In this document: positions 14,558 through 28,960 of the stretch, piece by piece
Layout of the letters: each line of letters opens with the position of its first letter
Numbering within the stretch: the first letter of the stretch is position 1
Assembly (NCBI RefSeq): GCF_009914755.1
Contig: NC_060939.1
Length of the DNA stretch: 64,000 bases
Strand: one strand, 5' to 3'
Source of the DNA: the human T2T-CHM13v2.0 reference genome, Homo sapiens
Notes under the pieces: generated by a model
What the model saw: only the letters and a program-made list of their open reading frames with translations
Told to the model about the DNA's origin: nothing
Database searches by the model: none
Program-made: the position numbers and the translations under genes

Positions 14558-14892
14558 ACCTTAGTCTCTTTTGTGCTGCTATAATGGAAAACCACAGATA
14601 GGGTAATTTATAATGAGCAGAAATTTATTTCTCATAATTCTGGAGGCTGGGAAGTCCAAGATTGAGGTACCAGAATCTAGTGAGGGCCTTCTTCCTGCAT
14701 CATTCCACAGCAGAAGACAAAAGGGCAAGAGAGTGAACTCAAGCCCCCTTATAATCAGCATTAATTCATTCATGAGGGTGGAGTTCTGCAGACCTAAATG
14801 TCCTCCTTTAGGCCCCACCTCCCAACACTGTTATGTTGGGGATTATGTTTCCAACACATGCATTTGGGAGGACATATTCAAATCATAGTACA
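14558..14892 (-). mobile_element. MaLR solo LTR (MSTD/MLT1A-like)
   Basis: aaatttatttctcataattctggaggctgggaagtccaagat...gacatattcaaatcatagta. Confidence 0.75.
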
Positions 14893-14988
14893 GGAGATGC
14901 AGACAAAACAAAGAAGTTTTTCTGCTCTCAAAATGCTTCCTTTCTCTGGGGAGCAGGAGTAGGTAATAAATATGTAAGCAAGATAATA

Positions 14989-15271
14989 CAGTCATTCCTC
15001 AGTATCTGTGGGGGATTGGGTCCAGGACACCTGTGAATACCAAAATCCGCACACACTCAAGTTCCTGACGCTGGTCTTGTGGAACCCAAGTATATGAAAA
15101 GTCAGCCACCCATTTCTGAGAGTTTCGCATCCCTCAAATACTGTATTTTCAATCCATGTTTGGTTGCGGATGCAGAACCTGTGTATATGGATAACTGACT
15201 ATATTTACTGATAAAAGTTCGTGTACAAGTGGACCCACACAGTGCAAACCTGTATCATTCAAGGTCAACTG
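14989..15271. mobile_element. MER2 (TcMar-Tigger) DNA transposon
   Basis: Termini cagtcattcctcagtatc...ttcaaggtcaactg with flanking TA dinucleotides. Confidence 0.8.
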
Positions 15272-16473
15272 TACTGAATAATGATAAGTGCTACAAAGAC
15301 AAAAGGCCAGATGAGGTGATGGGGAGTGGCTGTCTGGGCTCCCTTCAGTTGAGAGACAGGAAAGCCTGACTTGAGGCATCAGTGAAGCTCACCATGTAAA
15401 GATGTGTGGCACAGCACGCTAGGCAAGGCCAAGACCAGCGACGAGGCCAGTGCGACTGGAGCAGAGTGACAGTGATGGGCAGGGAGGGGGAGAGCACTGG
15501 GAGATGCCCTACAAGGTGCGGGGGCAGGGCCACAACATGGATGGGTCATGCCTAGTACCCCCAGGACAATGACCTCTAAGGACTCTTCCAGCTTCAACCT
15601 TCTCAAGACCTCCCTCAAGACTTAAGAGGCCCTTAATGCAAAATATGACTCCTTAATTTGACCATCTAGATTTTGTGACTTTCAATTGGGAGTTTTCTTA
15701 TTTTGATTCCAATTTTTAATCATTATGACCAGAAAAAAGTTTCTAACTTTATGGCCACACCTTTTCATATCATATATTTCATCTCAATACAATCTTATAT
15801 ACACAGCCCAATTTCGTTAAAAGACTATTCTTGAGTAAAGATTAACATAATTTACTGGTAAATATCTCAATTGACATTTAGCATACAAATGAAATCAAAA
15901 GGTCAGGAAATGAAAACTGCTTCATAGTTTTTACAGAAGCTGCACCTGCCCCAGATCAGTGATTAGTACCAAACAGAAAGGCTAATTTTCCCTATTGTTG
16001 CTTCTGTTGTTTCCAACCACCCCTTCTGCTGTGATCCCCCAGGCAACAAATGAAGCCATTGTGAAGTCTTTTCTGGTCCTCTCAATGGGCAATTACACAT
16101 TTTTTAAGACAATAAATTTTGTTCCTAGTGCAGCTGATTACATTCATTTATGAAAATGACTAAAGGCAGTGAATCAATTTTTTTTCTGTCTGGTGATGTT
16201 AAGATAATCACCAGAGCCATAATAGAAAGTAGAGTGGACCTGGAATCAGGAAACCTGGAGTTCAGTCCCATTTCTTCTACCAGCAAGCTGTGTGATTTTG
16301 AGTAAATGATGGCATCTCTCTAAGCCTCTATTTTCTTATCTGAATTAAATGGATAAGTGTACTCCAACTCAGAGAGCTATTGGGGGTGAGGGGACATCCA
16401 GAAGTCTTCCAAGGCATTGGTAAACTTCCATTTCATTTCATATATATGTGTTTGTCATATTATTCATCGTTAA

Positions 16474-16797
<324 letters not shown>

Positions 16798-17864
16798 CAC
16801 ATTTTCTACATGTGTGATATGTATGAATATTTCACAATAAGTTTCTAAAGCAGGCAATAAATAGCTGTTGACATACTTGACAAAAAGTAAATACAATATA
16901 AGTTTTCCTCTGGATCTCCTAACAGAATAAATCTAGATACAATACAAAAATTATTTTCCCCTCACATCAAAACATGGCATTTTGAAAAATAGTTTAATGG
17001 AAAGAGTAATCAGTGAAATTTTTGAAAAAGACAATGATTGTATCATGTTTAGTACAGCTCCCTTCCACCCTGGCCCTCCATTTTCCCCTCACTTGAGGTT
17101 TTCTAAATCTACACAAATATTCTGGAAAGATAAAGAGATTATCTTAAAAGCAGCAAGAGACAAACACATAGAAGCATTTCTGTGTGCAGCACTGTTTTAC
17201 ATGAACAAAAGTATGTTATATGTGCTGCTCTATATTTGCATTTTTTCATTTATCTTAGAGATCTTTCAGTAGCAGCCTATGAATTTAGCACAGTCAGATT
17301 TGTTTTTTCTGAAGCTCGCTGGAGCAGTGTGGAGAATGGGAAGGGGTATACGGTGGGTGTGAGGCAGCCAGATGTTTTCCTTATTCCCATTGGTTTTGAA
17401 AACGTCAGGCTAATGCCATGCTGCAGTGACCACCTGCCACAGGTGGTCATCCAGTGGGGAGTGTCCACATGGCATGAGAATCACTGCCACCCAGGGGCAG
17501 TTTCCACGTGCCAGGGACTGAGCAGGTGCATTCCTCAAGGCCAGGTGCTTATATTATTCAGAGGAGGAGATCAGAGTTCCAAGAGGTTAAGTACTTCATC
17601 TGTGTTCACCCAGTTAATAGGTGCTTCCTCCCAACCACTAGGCTCACCACCCCTTTTATTCAGGCCCAAAAATTGAGCCCTTCAGATGCTGTGGGGGCTG
17701 GCTCATTATGGTGGTGAAAGTTGGATTTGGCAATTCCCTCGTCATCCTCTGTCAGAATTCCATAGAAATTCAAGGAAATTCTCTTGATGATGTTGATAGA
17801 TAAGCTGCTGATAGCGAATATTCTTAGATCTTTTAAGGGTTTCTTTCAAGTGTTATGTTAACTA

Positions 17865-19080
17865 CAGTCATATGTCATGTAACCACATGGATACATTCTA
17901 AGAAATACGTCATTAGGCAATTTTGTTGTGTAAACATCATGGTGTGTACTTGCAGGAAACTAGATGCCATAGCCTACAACACACCTCAGCTATGTGGAAA
18001 AGCCTATTGCTCCTAGGCTACAAACCTGTACAACATGTTACAGTACTGAATGCTGTAGGCAACTGTAACACAGTGGTAAATATTTGTGTATCTAAACATA
18101 GGAAAGGTACCATAAAACAACAGTATAAAAGATTTAAAATGGCTCACCTGTATAGGACACTTACCATGAATGGAGCTACAGAACTGGGGTAGCTCTGGGT
18201 GAGTCAGTGAGTGAGTGGTGAGTGAATGTGGAGGCCCAGGACATGACTGTACACCACTGTAGACTCTATAAACACTGTACACTTAGGCTACACCAAATTT
18301 ATTTTAAAATATTTTCTTTCTTCAACAAATTAACCTTAGCTTACTGTGACATGTTTACTTTATAAAATTTTAATGTCTTTTACTTTTTGACTTGTAATAA
18401 CACAACACAAACACATTGTACAGATCTACAAAAATACTTTATATCCTTATTATGTAAGCTTTTTCCTATTTTTAAAATTTGGTGTTTTTTGTTTGTTTAC
18501 TTTTTAAGCTTTTTTGTTAAAAATGAAGACACAAACTCACACATTAGCCTAGGCCTACACAGGGTCAGGATCATCAATATCACTGTGTTCCATCTCCACA
18601 TCTTGTCCTATTGGAGGGTCTCCAGGGGCAATAACATGCATGGAGCTGTGACAACAGTGCCTTCCTCTGGAATACCTCCTGAAGACCTGCCTAAGGCTGT
18701 TTTACAGTTAACTTTTTTCTTCTAAGTAGAAGGAGTACAGTCTATAATAACAATACAAAATATGGTGATGTCAAGATGTCAGCTGGAAACTTTTTAAAAA
18801 GATTTTAAAAAGGATAACATAGTAAATGCACAAAGCAGTAATAGTCATTTATTATCAATTATTATGTACTATACATAATTGTACGTGCTATGCTTTTTAC
18901 AATCTGCAGTGTGGTAGGTTTGTTTATACCAGCATCACCACAAACACGAAGTCATGCATTGCACCAAGACACTACCCCGTGACTGGACAAATGAGGTTTG
19001 CAGCTCCATTGTAATCTTATGAAATCACCATTGTGTATGATTCGTTGTTGACTGCAGCATCACTAGGTGGGACATCACTG
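17865..19080. mobile_element. Tigger3/MER7-type DNA transposon (~1.2 kb)
   Basis: ta-cagtcat start; ctcctaggctacaaacctgtacaacatgttac, gagtgagtggtgagtgaatgtg and acattagcctaggcctacacagggtcagg are typical of Tigger3. Confidence 0.8.
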
Positions 19081-19217
19081 CGTTTTCCTTGAACTTCCGC
19101 GGGTTCTCCTAAAGTTACTTGGTGACTTTTTATGATTGCTTTCTGCTCGTCTGAATAAAGGATGAGCCCAGGGCCTGCTGCCCACTGTCTGCTCTGCTGA
19201 CCCTCTCTCCCCTGCAG

Positions 19218-19269
19218 ATCCGAGTGATGGTGGACCTGTGCAACAGCACCAAGGGCATCTGCCTCACAG
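19218..19269 (+). CDS. GLDN: Gliomedin exon 2 (52 nt; [18 protein letters not shown])
   Basis: ctctcccctgcag| acceptor and CAG|gtaggc donor; peptide matches recalled gliomedin and is in frame with downstream exons. Confidence 0.93.
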
Positions 19270-21534
19270 GTAGGCTGGCCGCTGAGCAGAGCCGCTCACA
19301 CAACAAGGACTTGTGCCGCTGAAGGCCCGTGGCAGAATGAACGCCTAGGGACACTTTGTTATAAAAATACATGTTGGTTTACTTTTACCAGATGTTTTTA
19401 ATGAGCTGAAAACCCATTGTAATATGATTATGAAAAATAATATTTTCAGTATTGCCATAGAAATATAGCCATGGAAAATAACTAGGACTTGGGTAATTAG
19501 AAACGTGTGGTACCTTGAACCAGAGCCACAGATTATTTTCTTATTCCCATTAGTTTTTAAAAGGGGAAAGAAAGGAAGGGAAAAGACCTTGCTAATTAAT
19601 ACAGTTCTTTTATCAGAAGTACTTATTGGCCAGATTGGCCAGGTGTGGTGGCCCAAACTAGATGTTGCGGAGTGCTAGAGCAGTCCCCTCTGACTTTAAA
19701 ACATTACCATGAGACCTTGAAGCCACCTGAAGCTTTTGCTGGATCTCTCAGTTGATGGTCCCAGTCTCTGGGGAGGCCGGGCTAGAGCTTCTCAGGGTTA
19801 AGGAACCCTGCACAGTTTGCATCAGGTTGTAGGAAGCCTAGCCTTTTTCCCCAATATTTCCCCCACCTCCCTCTCATTACCTGCCTTGCATTAGGAGTGC
19901 AATGTGAGTTTGCTGAGTGAATAAACCTGTGAGTATATGGGTATGTGAATGGAGGTGAGATGGTAAGAAAGAAACTCCCCTCAGGAACCCCACATCCAAG
20001 TCTGACTCTCTTTCACTTATTTTGGCCTCAGAGAGAAAAACTATAATTCTGTGACTTCTTGGGAAATGCTAATTGAATAACTCAAGTCATATTCCGGCCC
20101 TCACTGAAAATTAAAGATCTTCAGAACAGCTTGGTCCTTTACTCTGAAACTCTTGTAGCTTAAGCATCTTTCTTCCATCTCTTGAAGTCCTTTTTCAGAG
20201 TTACATGCGACAGTAATGAGTGCTAGAGAAATGGATGGATGGAATTACAGGCACAAAAGCCTGTTGAGAGGCACAGGAAAAGCCTCTTCCTTTTTGATTT
20301 TTTTAATATAGACCTGAGAGCCAGGCTGTACAGTGAATGCATGGGACGGAGCTATTGAGACCACTTAGGAGAGATTGGCAGAGAGTGGGGAACGACGTCT
20401 GCACTGGAAGTGGGTTGAGTAGGTTTTTCTTTAGCACTTTGAAGTGCTTTTCAAAAGACAGCACCTTCTCCTTTCATGCCAGCTTGAAATTGGGCCTCCT
20501 TTTGCACAGAAAGTTCTTCAATTAAAATTAGATGTGAAAAGTACAAGTTGCAAAGTGAGAGGATCCTTTGGGATAGACCACGAGGCCTGGATTGGGGGCA
20601 GGGTAGTGGGCAGCAAGGTGAGTGACAGGACCCAGGAATGAACTGGGTAGCTTCAGAGGGTGGACACAGAGCATTGGTCTCGAGCCCTAAGAGGATGCCT
20701 GGCAGGAAGATGTGCCAGAGCAGAACCTGGGCTTGGGGACTGGGAACAAGGTTTAGCTTCCCACTGGATTCATCTTTGAAAAAGCAGGCACTCATAACTT
20801 GAGGCTAGTCCAGCTGTGACCAGGTAACCTGGCTCCCATTCCTCTTCCTTGCCCAGCTGTTGCTGCTACGGCAGTCAGGACAGATGCTATGTGATTCTGT
20901 GCAACCTTTAACATCTCAGTTGGATCGTGAGGGTAATCCCCTAGCTAGAGTAATTAGTTATTCTGCTAGTACAGAGTTTGTCAAACAACACATGCTTTTC
21001 TGAATGCATCTTACTCTGGAGCCCAGATTTCCTTGGGGACCCAGAAGCATATCTTCTGGGAGAGCAGGCATCTTGAAGAAGCCATGTTATTGGGTTATTC
21101 TTCACTCACTGCATCCTCTTCGTGTGTATCTGTTAGAAAATATCTAAATCATCATGTTACTGAACTGCGTATTGGGGCAGAAGCACTACACATTCTCCTT
21201 GCAGCCAAGTGACCCTAATCCAGTTATGATACGTGTCTCTAGTCTCTTATTCTATGCCTAGGCAAATATCAATCACGGATCAATGCTGCTGAGCACAGCC
21301 TCATAGCATTCTTTTCTGCTGTTCCAGAAAGCCAGCACTAATTGACTGGAACTGGCACTTCTCTCTGCAGACTGATTTGTTTTTGGTGTTCATGGCCATC
21401 ACAGACCTCAAGTTTACATAACTGGGGCATTGTGAGCCAATTTTAGATTTCAAGGGAAAAAATATCTAAGTGGCTCAGCTCTTATCAAGCATCCACCCAA
21501 TTTTAATCGATTCTGGTTAGGAGTGTGGGATGGG

Positions 21535-22106
21535 TACAGTTAGCATGAGCTACATAATTTGCAGGGCCCAGTGCAAAATGAAAATGCAGGGTTTCTTGTC
21601 CAAAAGAAGCAGGAAAAAGGCTTTCTTCTTTCTTCCACAGTCTTGACCTGTTTTGGTGTGAGTTTTTATCTGCTACCTAATGTCATACTCCATGAAGCAT
21701 AGAATACTTATGGGGCAAGTACAGACCCTCACAGGCACCAGGGATCCTTCCCTGTGACTCAGGCACGCAGGGCACCACTCAGCCCCACCTTTCCTGCACT
21801 TGTGCCCCAGCCCCTACCAGAGTGGAAGGTGGCAGAAGTTACTGATGGGGCAAGGAGTACAGAGGACACATCATGGGGCAAGGGAGCAGGTGGCAGTTCC
21901 TAGGAAGGTGGTGGGAGTTGGGACCCCACCAAGCCCCCTGTGCATACTTTATTGACCCATTGGACTTCACTTACACAAATTCAAAGACAAGATCACTGGG
22001 AATTTCTAGACGGCGACTGCAGAGCATTAAGCCCACACCTGAAGCCCCCTTGTGAGGTGAAACCCTATGCACCTGCATGGGTGGTAGGCCCAGGACACCA
22101 GCCCTG
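21535..22106. mobile_element. MER45-type hAT-Tip100 DNA transposon
   Basis: cataatttgcagggcccagtgcaaaatgaaaatgcaggg near the start and ...ccagccctg at the end. Confidence 0.65.
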
Positions 22107-23181
22107 CATGCACTATTAGCATGATCATGGATGTCTGCACATATTCCTTGAGGATGTGCTATTCAAGAAAGGGAGAAGGGTCAGGAGCTGAGAAACAGTT
22201 TTCTAAACACCCAGTTGGCACACATCATGGCATTTGACATTATTTGACACATGTGGGAGCTCTTCCAGATGTCAGGCCCCTGGAGAGCCAGGCTGGCATT
22301 CTGAGAGGACGGAGGACATCCCGCCATCACCATAACTCCCTATGCCTCAGCACATTTTATGTCTGCCCGGACTGCTGAGCTCTCTGGGGCTGTCTTCCTT
22401 TCTCTTCTGAAATTCTCTCCTCATCTAGCTGCGGGGAATTAGACCTGCTGGATTTCCTCCTCCAAGTGTCTTCTGACAACTCTCTCTTTCCTGGTGCCTC
22501 TTCTCTCACTTGCCTCTCCCCAGGTGGGGTGTGGCCCTCCCGCTCTTCCATCCCCAATTCTAGCCTAGACTTTTTACTCTTGCCTTAAGACTAGCAGCTC
22601 TGGACCTTTTTAGGATCAAGAACCCCTCTAAGGATCTGCTGATGGTGACTGATTCTTTTCCCAGAAAATTTTCACACCACATCAGAGGGCCCATGACCAC
22701 CTCCATTCCAGTCATCTATGATGCTCGGATAAAAATGCAGATTATTGGGCCTCACTCTAAATCCAAACTGAATTAGGAACCCCAGATGGGGCCTGGGTAT
22801 CTGCATTTACTAGGCATTGCAGGCGATTCTGTGGATTCATATGAGAGGAACTCTATCCATAGGGCATCAGTGGAACTCTTGCAGGACACCCTAATCTAAT
22901 CACCACAGTGAGAGCCTTGGCCACGGCTAACGTGTCCTGAATATACAGCTTCAGCCGGGAGCTCTCACCAACAGTACTGATGCATGGACGTGGTTATCAG
23001 ACTGTCGTGAGAACTTTTGAAACCTACTGTGTACAGGCAAGTCTTGTGTCTTACAGTCAAATTATTCTTTCCACCAGTCTCTATATCCGAATTTGGCTCC
23101 CTCTGTCGTCGCGAACGATGATTAATTGATTTCCTCTGACCTCTGTTAACTGGCCACCTCACCCCCTTCCCAGTACGTGTT

Positions 23182-23194
23182 CGCCATCTGGTGG
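23182..23194 (-). promoter_or_regulatory. Candidate CTCF site (CCACCAGATGGCG on - strand)
   Basis: Close match to the CTCF core CCAC/GCAGRKGGCG; a small CpG cluster lies at 23105-23117. Confidence 0.55.
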
Positions 23195-23299
23195 TAAAGT
23201 CATGGAGACACAGGCTGTACTGACCCTAGAGAATGTGGTACCATTTTAGCCAGCCATTTTTGCCCAGAGTAGGACTGTTATGTATTGAAAGCATATCCT

Positions 23300-24185
23300 C
23301 AAACACCTATTTCTCCCAAAAGTCCCCACGCCTGTCAAAATAGCCTCTATCCATCTGTATTGCAGGCCCCCTGTTATCTGAATGTCCTCCTCCTTTGCCT
23401 CCTACCCAATCAGATGTGGATTCTTGCTCATTCTGCTGAAATACCTCTTGAATGTCTAGCTTTCTCTACAATTCTACAGTCAGCTCATTTATCCACAAGC
23501 TTGTCACTGAGTTGACAGCTACAAAGATCCCCTAGGGTTTTTTTTTTTTCTGCAATGCCCATCCTCCATGTCTCTCTTCCTGTCTCTGTGTCACTGTCTC
23601 TCTCGTCTTGTTGCACCTAGTTCTATCCATCTACCAACGACAAAGAGGCTATCAAACCCACACTGCTTTCACAGCATCATCCCCCTGCCTAAGAACCTCC
23701 CATGGCTCCCTCCTGCCTCACAGATACCATCTACACCTCCTGGTTTGACATTCAAGTGCTTCTGCCACCCACCATACCCAGGTCCTTCTTCAGCCTCATC
23801 TCTACACACTTGGCCAGTCCTCTAACTTCCTCCCACCCTGAATCTTATAAGTCCCCACCTCTGTACCTTTACTCCTGGTGGCCCCTTCATGGAATGCCAG
23901 ACCTCATCTGCTGCCATCTTAAGCCCCGTTTCTTCAATGTCGTGGCTCCAGGATCATCTTCTTGAGATGCCTTCTCAGACCACTGCATGCCCACACTTCC
24001 CCAGTACCCCTTGTCAGGGGTATGGGAGTGGAGACTTCACTGTAGCTCTCTCATACTGCATTATGGTTTCAAAGAGTCCATCTTTCCCACGTAGACTGTG
24101 AACACAACAGGATACAGGCACCAAGATTTCTTGGTGGAGTTTGATGCACATAATAACTGCTTAGCAATGCTTGTTTTGTGAATGG
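23300..24185. mobile_element. Degraded L2 fragments (opposite orientation to the L2 at 3345)
   Basis: aagaacctccatggctccc, tggaatgcc and a terminal cacataataactgcttagcaatgcttgttttgtgaatg. Confidence 0.55.
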
Positions 24186-24252
24186 TCACAGGCTTAGATT
24201 TATGGAAAGACCTCACCATTCCAATATTGGTAATCATTATATGTGGTCTAAA

Positions 24253-24541
<289 letters not shown>

Positions 24542-25204
24542 TCATGTTACAACCTCATTAGCTTGTCTGAGTACTCAAATAGAATAGTCGACAATAAGAC
24601 ACCCCTATTTGTGGGAGCAAAATTCATGTGAACCCCTTAGATCCTTGAGTAATTACATGCTAAGGAAGGTATTTGTTACCTGATCTGGGCTCTCAATTTT
24701 TCTCAGGCTATTTCATGTAACAAAAGAGAAATCTAGCCAGCCAGCTTTCACTCCCGACTCCCCCCAGTGGCTCAGATGAGACAAGCTAGCTAGATTACAG
24801 CACTTGGAGAACTCCTGGGACGGCCAAATCTCAGCCCCACAATGACAGCACCATCATTTGCTAACCCCCATGCTAGGGCTGCACTCATGGCCACCAGCAT
24901 TGTTACTGGCCCTCCGTTTATTAGGTTGACTGCTTGAGAGATGACTAATTTATCAATCTAGAGTGAGGACAGCTCAGAAATTAATCTTGGTTCATTGAAA
25001 CAAGCAAAAGTGGTTTGATTGGCAAATGGGTCTTTGTTGAATTGCTTTAAAGGGTCTTTTGGCCAAATATAACGAGTTCTAAATACAAGGTGTCAAATCC
25101 ATTGCTTAGGGTCAGTAGATAATTAGGAGATTTGAAGGTCGGGGGTGCTCTTTGTTTTCTGGGTTCGGTGCTGGTTTCTCAACTAAATTTTTTTTCCGTT
25201 GTAG

Positions 25205-25222
25205 GACCTTCTGGACCACCAG
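25205..25222 (+). CDS. GLDN: Gliomedin exon 3, 18-nt microexon (G-PSGPP-G)
   Basis: tttttttccgttgtag|GACCTTCTGGACCACCAG|gtaaga; keeps the Gly-X-Y register. Confidence 0.9.
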
Positions 25223-25504
25223 GTAAGAGCCCATGGATTTTCTAGTTCAAGGGGAGGCTGTGGGTGGCCAGACCCTAGGATCTCCCTGTTGGGACAGATG
25301 CGGGGAGGGCAAGAGCCTGGAGGCAGTCCTGGCTGTGTGTCTCCTTCTTTGTGCCCCTCACCTGAGGCTCTGCCATCACCATCCCCCCACTTGGCACTGC
25401 TTCAGCCAGAGAAGGAAGGAAAGAAGTGGGAAAGGATGTGGAAAAGGAATTGATGCCTGCTCAGTTTCACTGGTAAAGGAAATGACAGTAACTTCAGTGA
25501 ATAA

Positions 25505-25684
<180 letters not shown>

Positions 25685-27174
25685 TAATTTCCCTGTTATT
25701 TATCTCCATGATTGCATTTGGGTCGACTAAAACTGTGTGCAGCAGGGGTAAGGTGTTTCATCTCTGCACAGTTTAAGGCCGGTTTAACTCTTACCTAGAA
25801 GCCGTTGCGTTCCGGGATACCAAGGGTATACTTCTTGGTCCCACCTTGACAGATGTTTATTTCAAACTGGAGAAGCCGTCTCCTGGGAACTGACTCGCAC
25901 CCTTCTGCTGCAGATGGGAGGTGGAAGGAGCAGGAGCCCACAGCCCTGGGAGGGGCATTCTGTGGGCCGTGTGACAGCTGGTGCTGGTGCATGCTCTTTC
26001 GAGGCTCAGCTCCTGCCTTGCCCTCTATTGCCTCCTCCTGCCCAGCGAATCTGTGTTTGGTTGAAAATCAATGAACTGATGTTGGCCCCTGGTAAGGCAT
26101 TTCTTGGCTAGAGGAATAGCTCAAACTGCTTGAGTGGAAAGGCAGCATCCTGGCCTCCCTGTGGCCGGCACTCAGGTCAAAGGGTCTCCTCTTCAGGGGC
26201 TACAGGATAACTATGAAGATATGGCTGGCATCTCGGAGGAGCTTCCTTTGCCCTGTTATGAGCAGGCCATCACCACTGGAGAAAAGGCCCAGAAGCACCA
26301 AGGCATGAGATGTGCCCAGGGAGCAGTAAGAATCAGGGGCTGGTGCAGGGCCTGGCAGGAGGCTGGGGCACAAAGGGGAAGATTCTGAAGGGCTCTGAGC
26401 ACCAGTCCTGGGGAGCCGGGGTCAGGGCAGATCCACCTGAAGAAAGCTGGCACATGCTGTGGTGGGAGCTCAAAGACAGAGGGTAAGAAACTACTCAGGA
26501 GGCTCCTACGAAGGCCTGGCTCTCAGCCACCCGTCAAAGCCACTGCTGAGGGCAGAGGGAGGTTGTTTTCAGCCGGAGACTCCACTGCACCATCTTATTT
26601 TCAACCTCTTGGCTCTGCTACCCAAACTCACTTGGACTGGCCCTGGACGAGAAGAAATGGTAGAAAATTCTTCCAGACAGCAATTACTCCTTTGGTCACC
26701 TCCACTCTTATTCTCATTAGCAATTGAAGTAAGGGCCAGTGGAGAGGGAAAAATTGTCGAGCACCTCTGACACTTGGCAGTGCCTACCTGCTTGTGTTCC
26801 AGAGGGCAGCTTCAGAGAAAACGGGCACACACCGTCCAAGCCAGCTCAATCCTCAGAAGGCCAGTAATTACCATTGGAATTACACAGCAGCAATGGATCG
26901 TTCATATAGGATAATAATTATAATTATACATGAGCATCGCTGTAGAATAATGATGCCTATTGGCTTATCCTGGGAAGACTCCAAAAATGTGATTCAGTCC
27001 TGAGGCCTCGGCAATGGGCATGATGAGGGCAGGCTCAGGGGCAGGAGGGCACCCTGCTAGAGCTGGGTGTGGGGCACGTAGGAAAGGGGTGGTTTTCAAA
27101 AAGGCTTGAGACAGATCCCTGGCCTTGAGGACGTGCTTCGCATGCAGCCTGCAACCCAGGGAGTGCAGAAAAGA

Positions 27175-28960
27175 AAAAGTGCATTTGTTTATGGAGCACA
27201 TATTTGTGTGGCAGGTACCATTCTAGATGCTGGAGATTCAGAAATAAGCCCCCCTCCTCCACCTTCACGAGGCTTACATCCTAGCTGGGAGAGACGGATA
27301 ATAAATAAGATAAATAAATAGAATATATGGTCTGTTCCATGGTGATAAATGCTGAGGAGAAAAAATATCATAGAAAGGGGTGGGAAATTTATGTGGGGTT
27401 AGAGGTGGTACATTTAGATTGGGAGGCCAAGTAAGACCTCCCTCAGAAGGGACCTTTGAGCAAATACCAAGAGGAGGTAAAAGAGGGTCTCAGGGTTTCT
27501 GGGGCAGAGGGCTCTGGGCAGAGTGTGTAAGCCACCAGGGTACCTGGACAGTTTAAGGAGCAGCAAGGAAGCCAGGGCAGCTGGACAGAAGGGATGAGTA
27601 GCTAACCTAGCCTAGTTGAGATCAGAGAGGTAACCAGGCCAAATCAGGTCAGCCCTGGGCATTTTAAGAACTGTGATTTGTACTCAGAGAAAAACGGGGA
27701 GGATGTGAAGTGGAACAGTGCTATGCCTGACATATGGATGAGAGGATGGCCTGACAGCTGTGCTGAGAGGCTATAGGAGGGAAGGGAAGAGGCTGGAGCA
27801 GAGGACAGCAGCAGAGAAGGGAGAAGGTGTTGGATTCTGTTTGTCACTGGAGGGTGACCCCAATCCTTGGTTTCTGGGAGATCTCATAGGAACTGCAGCA
27901 AAGACACCCTTCTCTACAGCAATCTCCCAGAGAGTAAGGCTTGCGGAGGTCAGCAGCATTAGACCGCGAAGCCTCCACTCATACTGAGAGTGGAAGTTGA
28001 GTCCCCGAGGCCCCCATGAGGAGTTCATTGTCCCAGGCCAGGGGAAGTGGGAGACTAACCACCAAAGGCTATCTGAAGAGCCCAGCTCGATGGGATCGCT
28101 CACTTCATGGGCCAGCTCAGGCTGCAGAGCGAGAGCCACATTGTCCTGTTCACACTGCTGAGGCCCCGAGGCTGCACTTTCCCTCCTCACCCACTCCTGA
28201 GCCCTGGGACAGATTCCCTTCATACCCAGCACTTGCAGGAAAGGGATAGGGAGGAGGGACCAGAGGCAGCAGGGCCACTGAGGGCAACAGGGTTCCTTCT
28301 GAGGGCCATGAGAAGCCCCAGAGGGCCGTCAAGTGGGAGACAGTGATGGGATCAGATCTGCTTCTCTAAATGCTGCTGTGGCTGCTGCATGGAGAGCGCA
28401 CTGGAACCGGCAGGCGAATGAGCCAGAGTAGAGGCAGGGAGACGGCCTCCGTAGGCGGGGGACAGCGGGCGGGGGCGGAAAGACCCACAGGGATAAGTGA
28501 TATTTAGGGGTGAAGCCAGCAGTTCCCAGTGGACAGTGGATACAGGGAGTTGGGGGTCAGGTAGGCATCAAGACTGACCCTAAGGTTGCTGTCATGCTCG
28601 ACTGGATGGATGGGTAAGCTGCTCCTGCCTGAGGTGGGGAGCCCCGCACTCAACTCAGATCTAAAGGGACAATCGTGGACTCCGCATGGGATGTGCTGAG
28701 TTTCAGATGCCCTGAAGTATACAGGAGGAGGTGGGGCAGTGGCCTTGGAAAACAGGTCTGTAGTCAAAAGAGGCCTGGGGTGAGATGTATATATCAGGGA
28801 GTCATTGAGGCACCTGGGCATGTGGGCAGGGGTGAAGTCACTTAGGGAGAGAGCTTGGCAGGAGAGGAGGGGCTGGGTTTCAGCCCTGAGAAGCTCCAAC
28901 CTCAGGTGACAAAGTAGAAGGGGATGAGTCAGCAAAGGAGACTGAGGAGGGGACTGAGCA
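27175..28960. mobile_element. L2 fragments
   Basis: tttatggagcacatatttgtgtggcaggtaccattctag, aaggaagccagggcagctgga, tgctgagtttcagatgcc. Boundaries approximate. Confidence 0.55.

Noticed and set aside
17182-17676. 164-aa ORF, and the similar 153-aa (27771), 143-aa (28504) and 161-aa (42090) ORFs
   Set aside because: No recognisable domain or exon structure; they overlap degraded repeats or lie antisense to GLDN exons.
28440-28480. Short GC-rich G-run cluster
   Set aside because: Too short for a CpG island and embedded in L2-like sequence; marginal G4 pattern.
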